From Flavobacteriales bacterium (GTDB lineage Bacteria; Bacteroidota; Bacteroidia; Flavobacteriales_F; PHOS-HE28), in contig JAEUTB010000111.1 in the NCBI GenBank assembly GCA_016787995.1, positions 14,775 to 78,774 of the forward strand: a stretch of 64,000 nt of DNA, given 5' to 3'. The position numbers and the translations under genes were made by a program. The notes under the pieces were generated by a model. That model had not been told where the DNA came from and did no database searches. It saw only the letters and a list, made by a program, of their open reading frames with translations. Each line of letters opens with the position of its first letter. Positions within the stretch are counted from its first letter, which is position 1. Positions 38,001 through 45,891 of the stretch are shown in pieces.

Positions 38001-38549
38001 TGTGGTGCGGATATCCTTGATCAGGGTCACCTTCTCCAGCACGTCCTTGCTGCTTTCACGCTTGTGCAGGCGGCGATCGATGACCGCGAAGGACAACGTA
38101 TCGCCATGTTTGAACAGGATCATCGCCGGCATGGCGAAGCACTTGTTCAACTCGCGCGTGATATGACTAAGCTCGGTGCGCGTATAGGCGCCTTCCTTCT
38201 TCGGCTTCAGCTCCAGCACGAAGAAGAGGTAGCTCTCGATGATGGTGTTGTCCACCTGCTCGTTCCTGAACAAACCGTGTTGGGCGCCCAGGTTGTCCCC
38301 AGTGAGCTGGAAGAGCAGGTCGATCTTTTTCCACTGCTCGTGCAGCGCGGTCTTCTTGTTGAAGCGTGGATCGTTCTTCCCGAAATACTCCTCGAATTCA
38401 GCGAAGGTGCCCTTAGTGAAGTAGTTCAAGCGAGGCGCGCTGTAGCCAAGGTTCTTGAGCAGGTACAGGGCGCATTCGGACAGGTCGCCGGTGCCTAGGG
38501 CCTCGATGGCTTCCTTGATGCGCAGTTTCAGGTCTTTCTTCTCGCTCAT
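35010..38549 (-). CDS. large gamma-class N6-adenine DNA methyltransferase with C-terminal target-recognition region (Eco57I/type IIG/PglX/DrmMI-like)
   Basis: Motif I is ILDPACGSGAFP, upstream of motif IV DIVIGNPPYV. The protein is 1179 aa. Its tail, LYGLTPEEIEIVE, is typical of this family. Confidence 0.9.
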   Translation of the reverse strand: MSEKKDLKLRIKEAIEALGTGDLSECALYLLKNLGYSAPRLNYFTKGTFAEFEEYFGKNDPRFNKKTALHEQWKKIDLLFQLTGDNLGAQHGLFRNEQVDNTIIESYLFFVLELKPKKEGAYTRTELSHITRELNKCFAMPAMILFKHGDTLSFAVIDRRLHKRESSKDVLEKVTLIKDIRTTAPHRAHVEILFDLSLEQLRKKHEVPNFPKLHEAWRKTLDTKELNKRFFRELSNWYFHAVEVTKWPADAEGDKEKRNAINTIRLITRLMFVWFLREKDLVPDALFDPKALKKILRSDAKEKSLYYKAILQNLFFATLNTEMGKRRFRIEADRSQSKHYFIHNVFRYERCFVDPKGTLKELFDPIPFLNGGLFECLDKQVEQKGKLVPVRIDGFSDREDNPLHVPDKLFFDPEGEEWDFSEVYGSKKARKEKVRGLIDILGSYKFTITENTPIEEEVALDPELLGKVFENLLANYNPETKTTARKQTGSFYTPREIVNYMVDESLIAYLKTSLEAPVPSTHRVDTRNDIEAKLRHVLSYTEEPHQFSKAEAEKLIAAIDSCKILDPACGSGAFPMGVLHKLVHVLHKLDPKNTQWKERQIEKAKQLDDAEIKENTIRDIEDAFEHNALDYGRKLYLIENGIYGVDIQPIAMQIAKLRFFISLVVDQRVDAKRPNLGVRPLPNLETKFVAANTLMKLEKEQDNLFTNPAIDRKKAQLKRVRHDYFEARTPQRKARCREQDKQLREELAELLVQEHEFQPKTAKMLAAWDPYDQNASAPFFDPEWMYGLNKGFDIVIGNPPYVQLAMYEWFDDVQRKYLLANYSSSMGRMNTFGFFIESGALSLAKNGVLTFIVPNTILTQDYYHGLRKFILEQTQVAEIVTYEKLPFDDAVVEAVTLFLQRTRPSSNAIKVTSFTSDYQWSSTTIPAGEFASDDLLRFSVAHDDAGRVLKKNIDDRSSIKLGQISSINQAIALKGDRAAHLFNKAKGKNYKPVIDGREIHRYGIAWSGNYLRYDVDSIHSCKREDIFLSKKKIFFRRVSSSLIAALDEEQFYALNTLVVINLNQDTNRTPEWLLALFNSKLWNYYYTTFLKSTKKVFSEIQARSIAQLPLPMANRSLDTQLEKLVEKRLGMVAGPKAEAVEREIDQVVYGLYGLTPEEIEIVERSGKRKPTNDGATGDE

Positions 38550-38559
38550 CGGTCGTTCA

Positions 38560-41500
38560 TCACTTGATCACCAGCCAGGTCACCAGATCGAAGTCATCCG
38601 GTGTGCTGGCCTGCTGTGCGTCGGGGATCAGCAGGGCTTGCCGGTCGTTGCTCAGTTTGGCACCGCTGCGCTTACGGAACAAGCTGGCGATGTCGGCGGT
38701 GGCGCGCTCGATGAGCGCATCGTACTTACCCATGCCATTTTCCGTTTCGCGATTGAAGAGCTCGCACAGTTCCTGGTAGGCTTCCTGCTTGCCTTGGCAC
38801 AGCGAGCGGAAGACTTCCAAGGTCTGCTTCGGCTGGGTAAACCTGAAACGCACGGTGCCATCCTCCCGCACGTACACCAAGAAGTAGGGTGCCGTTACGT
38901 TGATCGCTTCCTTGGCCTTCTGCTGCTCGTCATCGCCACGTTTCCGTTCACGCAGGCAGAGCAGCACACCGGGCTTGATCACGTCCTTGACGCCGGGACT
39001 GAGCAGGTCGTACTGCTTGGCACCCATGGCGTGGCCAGGGGAGGGCACCACGGCATAGAGGCCTTCGGGCGCTTCACGCAGGCGGTCCTCGTTGCCCTTC
39101 AGGAAGTTCAGTAGCTCGGTGCGGAAGTCGTCCAGTGTAAGGTCGGTGAGCGAAAGAGTATCGCCGCTGTCCTCGATGTCCAGCACCTCCTCCTTCAGCT
39201 TCTTCAACTGACGGTTGCGGTACTTCAGATCCTCGCTGATCAGTTCCTCCACCTGTTCGTTGGTGAGCAGGTTGTCATCGGCGGTAGCGGCCAGGTCCAC
39301 CAGCGCCATGCGGGTCTCCACGCGGATCTTCAACTCAATGTACTTGTCCAGGTCCTCGGTGGGCCAGAAGTTCACCAAATGCACGGTGGCGTTGGTGCTG
39401 CCCAGGCGGTCGATGCGGCCGAACCGCTGGATCACGCGAACCGGGTTCCAGTGGATGTCGTAGTTGATCAGGTAGTCGCAGTCCTGCAGGTTCTGGCCTT
39501 CGCTGATGCAATCGCTGGCGATGAGCACATCGATGCAACCTTCCTGCGGCATGTCCTTCTTCAATGCCCGCTGCTTGCTGATGGGGCTGAAGTTGGTGAG
39601 GATGTGGTTGAAGTCGTTACGGCCGAAGGTGGTCTTGTTGTTGGTGCCGGTTACCAGGGCGATGTGGCTTTTCAGCTCATGGGCCACGAACTCCTGCAGG
39701 TTGTCGTAGAGGTACTCCGCCGTATCGGCGAAAGCCGTAAAGACGATGACTTTCTTATTGCCCGGATTGTATTGCTTGATGGCTTTGGCCGCGAGCAGGT
39801 TCTTCAGTTCCTGCAGCTTGGCATCTCGCTTGGCGTCGATGGCCTTGGCTGTGTTGTACAAGCGCACCATGGTCCGTTTGTCGCTAGCCAGCACCTTCAG
39901 CCACTCGTCCAACTTACTTTCCATGTGGGCCAACTTGAACTTCATGCGCTTGCCCACCTCCCATTGCGCATCGTCCTCATCGAAGTCGGTCGTCTCCTCG
40001 CTGTCCGGCTCGGAGGCTTCCAGCTCATCGGCTTCGGCTCGCTTGGCCTGGTACTCCTTGATGCGCTTCTCCAGGTTCTCAATGCGCTGGATGGTGCGGT
40101 CCATGCTCACGGCGAAACTGTGGATGGAGCTTTCCAGTCGTTTGAGGAAGCCCTTCTTCATCATGTGGATGAGCAGGCGTTCGCGCTTTCCCTGGCTGAA
40201 GGGCAGTCCTTCCAAGGCGGCTTGAGTCTCGTAGTGGCTCACCCACTTGTCGTCGATGAAGCGCGAGGGGTTGTAAACCGCCAGCTCGTACTTCAGGATC
40301 TCGTCGTTGATGGCATCGTAGCCCTCGATCCGGTTCTCCAGATCGAGCGCCGGGTAAATGGAGATGGGCTTCGCCCGTTCGGGGAAGTGACCGATGACCT
40401 CCTCCGAGTAGAAGGTCTTGATGTGGTTGCGGCTGCGTGCGATGGTTAGCTCGTCCAGCAGCTTGAAGAAGGCGCTGTCCAATTGCTCCATCAACTGCTT
40501 CACGTTGCGGTCTCGATTGACCGGGTCGGCCCACTTGGTGAACTGGGACTGGGCACGTTTTAGCAATTGTGCGGTCGTATCATCCACGCCTTGGATCAGC
40601 TGGATCTGGTTGCGCAGGTCGCGGAGATTGGTGTTCACGGGCGTGGCCGTGAGCAGGAGCACCTTGCTCTTCACCCCTTCGCTGATGAGCTTCTTCAGTA
40701 GCCAGGCCGTGCGATTGAACTTGTCGTTGCCTTCTTCATCCGTGCGGATCTCCGGATTGCCTCGGAAGTTGTGGCTCTCATCAATAACGATGAGGTCCCA
40801 TGCGCCCCATGGGAAATTGGCCATGTCGAAGCCGTCCACCTCGCTGGTGCCGCGTGTGCGACCCATGTCGGTATGGTACAGAAGCCGGTAGTTGAACTTG
40901 TCCTTCTTGAACGGCGAGAGCGGACTGAGGCGGCGGCTTTGATAGATGGTCCAGTTCTGCGCGAGTTTCTTTGGGCAAAGCACTAGTACGTTCTGTCCGA
41001 GCCCCTCGAAATACTTGATCACGGCCAGCGCCTCGAAAGTTTTCCCGAGACCAACACTATCGGCGATGATGCAGCCGCCGTGCGTCTTGATCTTGTTGAT
41101 GGCGCCTTTCACACCGTCCTTCTGGAAGGCGAAGAGCATGTTCCAGATCTCGCTCTCCAGGAAGCCGGTGCGGTCATCCAGCAGACCGCCTGCTGCCTCG
41201 TCCTTCAAGAATTTCTCGAAGACGTGGTAGAGTGTCTTGAAGTACACGAACTCCGGCGGCGTTTCCGCGAACAGGAGCTTCATATCGTCCAGCACCTTCT
41301 GCTTCACATCTTCCACCAGTCCGGTGTTGTCGTTCCACAACTCTTCGAACCACTGCTTCAACTCCTCTCGGTCCCGGCGATCGTTGATCACCATGTTCAA
41401 CTCCATGTTCGGCGTGCTGCCGCATCCCAAACCTTGTGCGGTGAAGTTGCTGCTCCCGGTGATCGCTTCCTCGGTCTTGTTCGGATTAGCGATGTGGTAG

Positions 41501-41934
41501 AGCTTGCCGTGCAGGAAGTTCGGCCGCACCAAAGATCGTATCTCCACTTTGCGCTGGATCCAATCCGCACAAGCTTTCGCCATGGCCCGCTGCTGTACCT
41601 GTGCGGCCATCTTCAAGCCCTCATCAGTCATTCTGAAATTGCGCCGCGGCTTGTTCTCGTCCTTTACCTTGATGAAAGCTGGATCACCGAAAAGGAAGCG
41701 GAGGTGATCGACGCCCTCGAGTTCTTCCCGCAATTGGGCGTACGCGTTCACCGTGAAGTAGGCACTGACGATACTGAGCGCACTGCCGTCCAGGATCTTC
41801 TCCCTAAGCCAATCGCCAACCTTGCCGTGGTCTCGATTGTCTTTGATGGAAGATAGATGTGTCGTAGTCCTAGGGATCGAAGGGAACAATTGTTCGGGGG
41901 TATTTACTCCGGGTGCAAAGTACCTCAAATGCAC
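38560..41934 (-). CDS. PLD-nuclease domain fused to SNF2/SF2 helicase
   Basis: The N-terminal HKD motif is HGKLYHI...ITGSSNFT. Helicase motifs are ADSVGLGKTF (I), VIDESHNFRG (II), LLTATPVNT (III) and QRFGRIDRLGS (VI). Confidence 0.9.
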   Translation of the reverse strand: MHLRYFAPGVNTPEQLFPSIPRTTTHLSSIKDNRDHGKVGDWLREKILDGSALSIVSAYFTVNAYAQLREELEGVDHLRFLFGDPAFIKVKDENKPRRNFRMTDEGLKMAAQVQQRAMAKACADWIQRKVEIRSLVRPNFLHGKLYHIANPNKTEEAITGSSNFTAQGLGCGSTPNMELNMVINDRRDREELKQWFEELWNDNTGLVEDVKQKVLDDMKLLFAETPPEFVYFKTLYHVFEKFLKDEAAGGLLDDRTGFLESEIWNMLFAFQKDGVKGAINKIKTHGGCIIADSVGLGKTFEALAVIKYFEGLGQNVLVLCPKKLAQNWTIYQSRRLSPLSPFKKDKFNYRLLYHTDMGRTRGTSEVDGFDMANFPWGAWDLIVIDESHNFRGNPEIRTDEEGNDKFNRTAWLLKKLISEGVKSKVLLLTATPVNTNLRDLRNQIQLIQGVDDTTAQLLKRAQSQFTKWADPVNRDRNVKQLMEQLDSAFFKLLDELTIARSRNHIKTFYSEEVIGHFPERAKPISIYPALDLENRIEGYDAINDEILKYELAVYNPSRFIDDKWVSHYETQAALEGLPFSQGKRERLLIHMMKKGFLKRLESSIHSFAVSMDRTIQRIENLEKRIKEYQAKRAEADELEASEPDSEETTDFDEDDAQWEVGKRMKFKLAHMESKLDEWLKVLASDKRTMVRLYNTAKAIDAKRDAKLQELKNLLAAKAIKQYNPGNKKVIVFTAFADTAEYLYDNLQEFVAHELKSHIALVTGTNNKTTFGRNDFNHILTNFSPISKQRALKKDMPQEGCIDVLIASDCISEGQNLQDCDYLINYDIHWNPVRVIQRFGRIDRLGSTNATVHLVNFWPTEDLDKYIELKIRVETRMALVDLAATADDNLLTNEQVEELISEDLKYRNRQLKKLKEEVLDIEDSGDTLSLTDLTLDDFRTELLNFLKGNEDRLREAPEGLYAVVPSPGHAMGAKQYDLLSPGVKDVIKPGVLLCLRERKRGDDEQQKAKEAINVTAPYFLVYVREDGTVRFRFTQPKQTLEVFRSLCQGKQEAYQELCELFNRETENGMGKYDALIERATADIASLFRKRSGAKLSNDRQALLIPDAQQASTPDDFDLVTWLVIK

Positions 41935-42159
41935 TTTCTCGAGTCACCCTTCGTGCAACTTTCCTGTAGCGTAGTACCACGGAGCAACGTCTACTACCAG
42001 CAAATCGCACATTCCATTCCGATCGAACCGCGCGAACGATCCTAGTGCTTCATTTCAAGAATGAGTGTCACCATGTTCAGGCACAAGGCTAGTCCACCAC
42101 GGGCGCGGGTGCAAAAACCGCTAACGTTCGACAACCTATGCCAAGTATCGAAGTCAGGC

Positions 42160-42921
42160 TCATCTCTCACGATAGGTGAAGTTCATGACATCATCGATCG
42201 TAAGTGCAGGTGCTTTCTCCAGGTTCTTATCATAAGCTATTTCAACTGAGTACTTCTTTTGTTCTTTCTTGATCACGCCCTCTGGATAAGGGCTGATGCC
42301 CCTGAGCTCGATGCCTGCGCGCATGACGGCCATGGCCACTGCGAGTACCGTCTCACGGCCTACCCCTGGATTGTATCGTATGGAATTTGACCTTTCGTTC
42401 CGGTAGGACTCATTATTCACCCACAGTGCCCTGAAGCCGGACGCTCGCAGACTCTCGACCACCTTGTCCCTTTCCGATCGTTTGATGTAGTACCTGATCG
42501 TCGCGAGCACATCCACCTTCTCCCCTTTAAGCAATGTGATCAACCGTGTATGGCTCGTCCTGCTCCTTTCAAGACCTTCAAGGCTCCGATCCAGAGATAC
42601 ACTATCGGCCCACTCCTTAGCAATGAACTTCTTGAAGTCCAAGTCATATCGGTCTATGAGCTGCTTCCAACCTTGTATGCTATCCCGCAAGCCTACTAGC
42701 TCATTCGTTACCTGGATCCGCTCCGACCTAAGGACCATCACGCTGTCCTTTAACTCACGAACCTCACGTTGCGCGCTGATCACACTCTTACTCGAATACG
42801 TAATGAGAGCGAGCGCACCTATAACAGTGAGCACGTTCAAGGTCATCAATCGCCACTTGGATCGCCGCTCCTTGGCATCGATCTTCAAGAGCAGTTCTTG
42901 GAATTCATCCGCTTGCTGCAT
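42160..42921 (-). CDS. coiled-coil / single-TM protein with C-terminal globular domain, unknown function
   Basis: 253 aa. TM helix WRLMTLNVLTVIGALALITY, then a heptad-like region (REVRELKDSVMVLRSERIQVTNELVGLRDS), then a ~130-aa C-terminal domain. Confidence 0.55.
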   Translation of the reverse strand: MQQADEFQELLLKIDAKERRSKWRLMTLNVLTVIGALALITYSSKSVISAQREVRELKDSVMVLRSERIQVTNELVGLRDSIQGWKQLIDRYDLDFKKFIAKEWADSVSLDRSLEGLERSRTSHTRLITLLKGEKVDVLATIRYYIKRSERDKVVESLRASGFRALWVNNESYRNERSNSIRYNPGVGRETVLAVAMAVMRAGIELRGISPYPEGVIKKEQKKYSVEIAYDKNLEKAPALTIDDVMNFTYRER

Positions 42922-42930
42922 GTTCTTTGA

Positions 42931-43299
42931 TCATCCAAGGTTCAACAATCGCTTCATGAGATCCTGCAGGAAAGCGTTGACCTGCTTGGCTTCTTCTTCT
43001 GTTGGTTCTTCCTCCTTGTATTTCTCCAATTTGGTTGCGATAAGCTCCAGGCCGGTAACCACGCCTCTCCGGGCAACCACCTCTTTAACCTGGAATCCTG
43101 AGAGCGTAGCTACAAAGCCTCCACCAAGCTGAATGATGGTTTGTGAGGTGTTGTCATCGCTGATGAAACGACCAACCACAAGCATGATGACACCGAGTAT
43201 GATCACGGCTGCACCGAATATGGCATAGAGCTGGATCGCCTTGTCCTGATCATGTTTGATCCTCCTGACCTCATCGGTGGTGAGAAAAAAGGACGCCAT
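42931..43299 (-). CDS. small two-TM membrane protein
   Basis: 122 aa. Hydrophobic segments are LYAIFGAAVIILGVIMLVVG and IIQLGGGFVATLSGF, followed by an acidic helical tail. There is a 9-nt gap to the next gene. Confidence 0.5.
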   Translation of the reverse strand: MASFFLTTDEVRRIKHDQDKAIQLYAIFGAAVIILGVIMLVVGRFISDDNTSQTIIQLGGGFVATLSGFQVKEVVARRGVVTGLELIATKLEKYKEEEPTEEEAKQVNAFLQDLMKRLLNLG

Positions 43300-43368
43300 G
43301 GAAGTCAGAAGCTTTCAATTGCTCCGAATGTAGCAAATATCAAGCTCGTCAAGTGGAACTTACAGGTA

Positions 43369-45117
43369 CTATACCGACAGATCCTGCTGCGGCGTGTACG
43401 GCTTCGTCACCTTCTTCGTCGGACCACCCGGCAACAACCAATGTTCTTGCAGATCGTTCTTGATGGTCTCGCGCACGAACCGTGAACCTTTCCTATTGAG
43501 GTACACCAACTTGCCGGCCCAGAACAGCAAGCGGTTGAGCCAACCATCGGTGTTCACCAGATCGGTGAGGATCGCGTTGGTGCGCTCGCGCAAGGGAGCA
43601 TCGAAGCGGTCGATGTCCTCGGTACGCCGCATCGGCCAGTTGCAACCACTGTTGGCGAACACCGGCTGCAGCTCTCGTTCGGTCCGTGGCTTGAAGATGG
43701 GGATGATCTGGAAGCCAAGATCGTTCTCTTCTACGGAGCGGAAGAATTCCTGCCGACCCGGGGTCAGCGCCGCATAGGAATCGCGAAAGATGGGGTTCTT
43801 TGTATTCGCGGGCACCGTGAAACTGTCTCGTAAGAATTTCTCGCAGTTGTAACGCCCCAAGAAGTAGTCGTGCACGCGGAACTCCTTGTGCAAGAAACCG
43901 CTGAACCCACCGAGCTGTCCGCAAGCGATGGCGTCTGAGCCCTTAAGGTCCACTCCGGGTGCAATGGAAGTTGGCAGATCACGACTGGGACTGATGAGGA
44001 ACTGACCGGCACCGGCGGATCCCATGGCTTCATCCAAGGTCTTGGGCTTGGTGCGCAGCTGCCCGATCATGGCGCCTAAGGTGTTGCCCATGGTGCGTAA
44101 CAGGGCGTCCTTGCCCTTGAACTCCTCGATGGTGGTGGGGAACGGATCGATCATCAAGATGGTGCCCTTGAAGGTGTCGTAGCTCTGCCGTTCGAAGGCA
44201 TCCTGCTGGCCGGTGCGGTCGCAGATCAACTCGCGCACCCGCTCGAAAGGTTCGTTGTTGATGAGGCCGCCGTCCACGTTCATGGACTTGTACTCGTCCA
44301 CGATCACGGGATTCCGCTCTGTGATCCACCTGAACCACGGGTGATCGTTGATGTAGTCCTTGGGCCGCACCACCTCGCGCGCCTTCAGGCCGACCGGGAA
44401 AGCCGCCGTGGCCATGGCCACTTGGCGGGCGATGGTGACCTGGCGAGGTACGGTGAAGTCCAAGGGGATCCAACCATCGCGCCGTTCTGCATAGGCAGCC
44501 AGGGTGGAGTTGAGCCGGAAGCAGCCATAATCGTTGTGCACCTGCACGTGGTAGGGCTCCATGGCCCGTGTGCGCGAATTGAAGGTGACGCTGTAGTAGA
44601 AACCTTCGAGGTTGGTAAGGGTGCTGAAGACCCGCATATCGTTGGCGATGTACGGACGCGGCACCCAGGAACCAGCACCGCTCAAGGCCCGTTCTGCCGT
44701 GCGGTCTATGAAGGCCGTGTTGAGGAGTGACTTCGTGTAGGACTCTGTGATGTCGTTGGTCAGCAGCATCTGCTGGAACATATCCGGATGGGTAAGGTCC
44801 ACCCAGGTATGGTAGAACAGGTTGTTGGGGCGTTGGGCCATCACATCATCACCCTCTTTCCACTTGGCAGGCTCGATACGGCCATGGAGCGCCGTGGCCG
44901 TGAGCAGGCCGATGATGCCGCCAGCAGAGGCCCCACCGATGTCGCAGATGCGCACTTGGTGCATAGGTGTGTTGGCCGGGTCCCGCACCTTTTCCTGTTC
45001 CCAGATCTCCAGTGCCTCCAACAAATAGTCCATGACACCGGCGGAGTACGCCCCGGCGGATACGGCACCGGCCAGGCAGAGGCCGATCTCAAAAGGTTGC
45101 TTCGGTTCGTTGCTCAT
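43369..45117 (-). CDS. patatin-like phospholipase with long C-terminal extension
   Basis: Start MSNEPKQPFEIGLCLAGAVSAGAY (Gly-rich oxyanion region). The nucleophile elbow is GGASAGG (GxSxG). The catalytic Asp motif is NVDGGLINNEP. About 300 aa follow the catalytic domain. Confidence 0.85.
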   Translation of the reverse strand: MSNEPKQPFEIGLCLAGAVSAGAYSAGVMDYLLEALEIWEQEKVRDPANTPMHQVRICDIGGASAGGIIGLLTATALHGRIEPAKWKEGDDVMAQRPNNLFYHTWVDLTHPDMFQQMLLTNDITESYTKSLLNTAFIDRTAERALSGAGSWVPRPYIANDMRVFSTLTNLEGFYYSVTFNSRTRAMEPYHVQVHNDYGCFRLNSTLAAYAERRDGWIPLDFTVPRQVTIARQVAMATAAFPVGLKAREVVRPKDYINDHPWFRWITERNPVIVDEYKSMNVDGGLINNEPFERVRELICDRTGQQDAFERQSYDTFKGTILMIDPFPTTIEEFKGKDALLRTMGNTLGAMIGQLRTKPKTLDEAMGSAGAGQFLISPSRDLPTSIAPGVDLKGSDAIACGQLGGFSGFLHKEFRVHDYFLGRYNCEKFLRDSFTVPANTKNPIFRDSYAALTPGRQEFFRSVEENDLGFQIIPIFKPRTERELQPVFANSGCNWPMRRTEDIDRFDAPLRERTNAILTDLVNTDGWLNRLLFWAGKLVYLNRKGSRFVRETIKNDLQEHWLLPGGPTKKVTKPYTPQQDLSV

Positions 45118-45181
45118 CGGGGTGTCGAGTATGTTGAATGCATGTTCTGTCGTCAAAGGCCAGGTGGGTAAGTCCTTTCCC

Positions 45182-45862
45182 TCACGGGACCTGCACACCG
45201 GCGGGCACTGCCATGCGCGCCGAGTCGGCCTTCAGCGGTTCAAGTTGCTGTGCGCAGCATTTCACTGGCATTGGCCTGCAAGTGGTCATGGCCGCGTGGC
45301 AGGTGCAGGCGTTGGGTGGCACCATGTGCTTATCGTGTACACCAGAGCCGATGCAGCCATTACTGGAATACGGCGAACGCTTCTTTCTGGGCTTGTGGCT
45401 GGGTGGTGCATCATTCCTATCACATCCGCAGCAGGGGTTCACCAAGTAGATCTCGGGCGCTTGGCAGGGTTCTGCCTTGCATCGGTCGTTGCTCTCGGCT
45501 GCAGTGAATAGTTGATCGATCTTCACGGTAATGGTCTCTAAACGATCGCTCATCCAGCAGAACTGAGCGAAGCCGAACAGCATGGCGACTAGTACCAGGA
45601 AAAAGGTGGCCCAGACCCCACGACGCACTCGGTTGGTGAGGGACCTGAGTTTCTTCTCCCGCTCAGGCGTGGCCTTCGTCTTCTCGACGGCCTCTTCCAG
45701 CGATCTGACCTTCTCACTGAAGTCTTTAAGCTGTCCGGCAAGTGTCTCTTCGGCACTATCGAAGACTTTGTTCCGCTGTCGTATGATCTTGTCAAGGTCC
45801 TCCAGGCGGCTGCGCTGGTCAGAGAGTTCGTTCAAAATATCTTGGAGAGTGGGCGTAGCCAT
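45182..45862 (-). CDS. coiled-coil / TM / Cys-rich extracytoplasmic-tail protein
   Basis: 226 aa. The N-terminal part is helical, followed by the TM helix VWATFFLVLVAMLFGFAQF after RVRRG. The C-terminal ~110 aa hold about 11 Cys (PCCGC, ACTC, KCC). Confidence 0.5.
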   Translation of the reverse strand: MATPTLQDILNELSDQRSRLEDLDKIIRQRNKVFDSAEETLAGQLKDFSEKVRSLEEAVEKTKATPEREKKLRSLTNRVRRGVWATFFLVLVAMLFGFAQFCWMSDRLETITVKIDQLFTAAESNDRCKAEPCQAPEIYLVNPCCGCDRNDAPPSHKPRKKRSPYSSNGCIGSGVHDKHMVPPNACTCHAAMTTCRPMPVKCCAQQLEPLKADSARMAVPAGVQVP

Positions 45863-45891
45863 GTGAATACTGTATTTGTTTTTGGTCGGTC

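Noticed and set aside
35010-41934. Calling the MTase/SNF2 pair BREX (PglX) or complete DISARM
   Set aside because: I recognised no PglZ, BrxC, BrxL, BrxA or BrxB, and no DrmA or DrmB (DUF1998), anywhere in the window. Only a generic RM-like or partial-DISARM-like description is justified.
41935-42159. 226-nt gap between the PLD-SNF2 gene and the membrane module, including 62-aa ORFs at 41857..42045 and 42061..42249
   Set aside because: The ORFs have no start context or motif and partly overlap real genes. The gap most likely holds the terminator and promoter boundary between two modules, but I could not identify a convincing hairpin.
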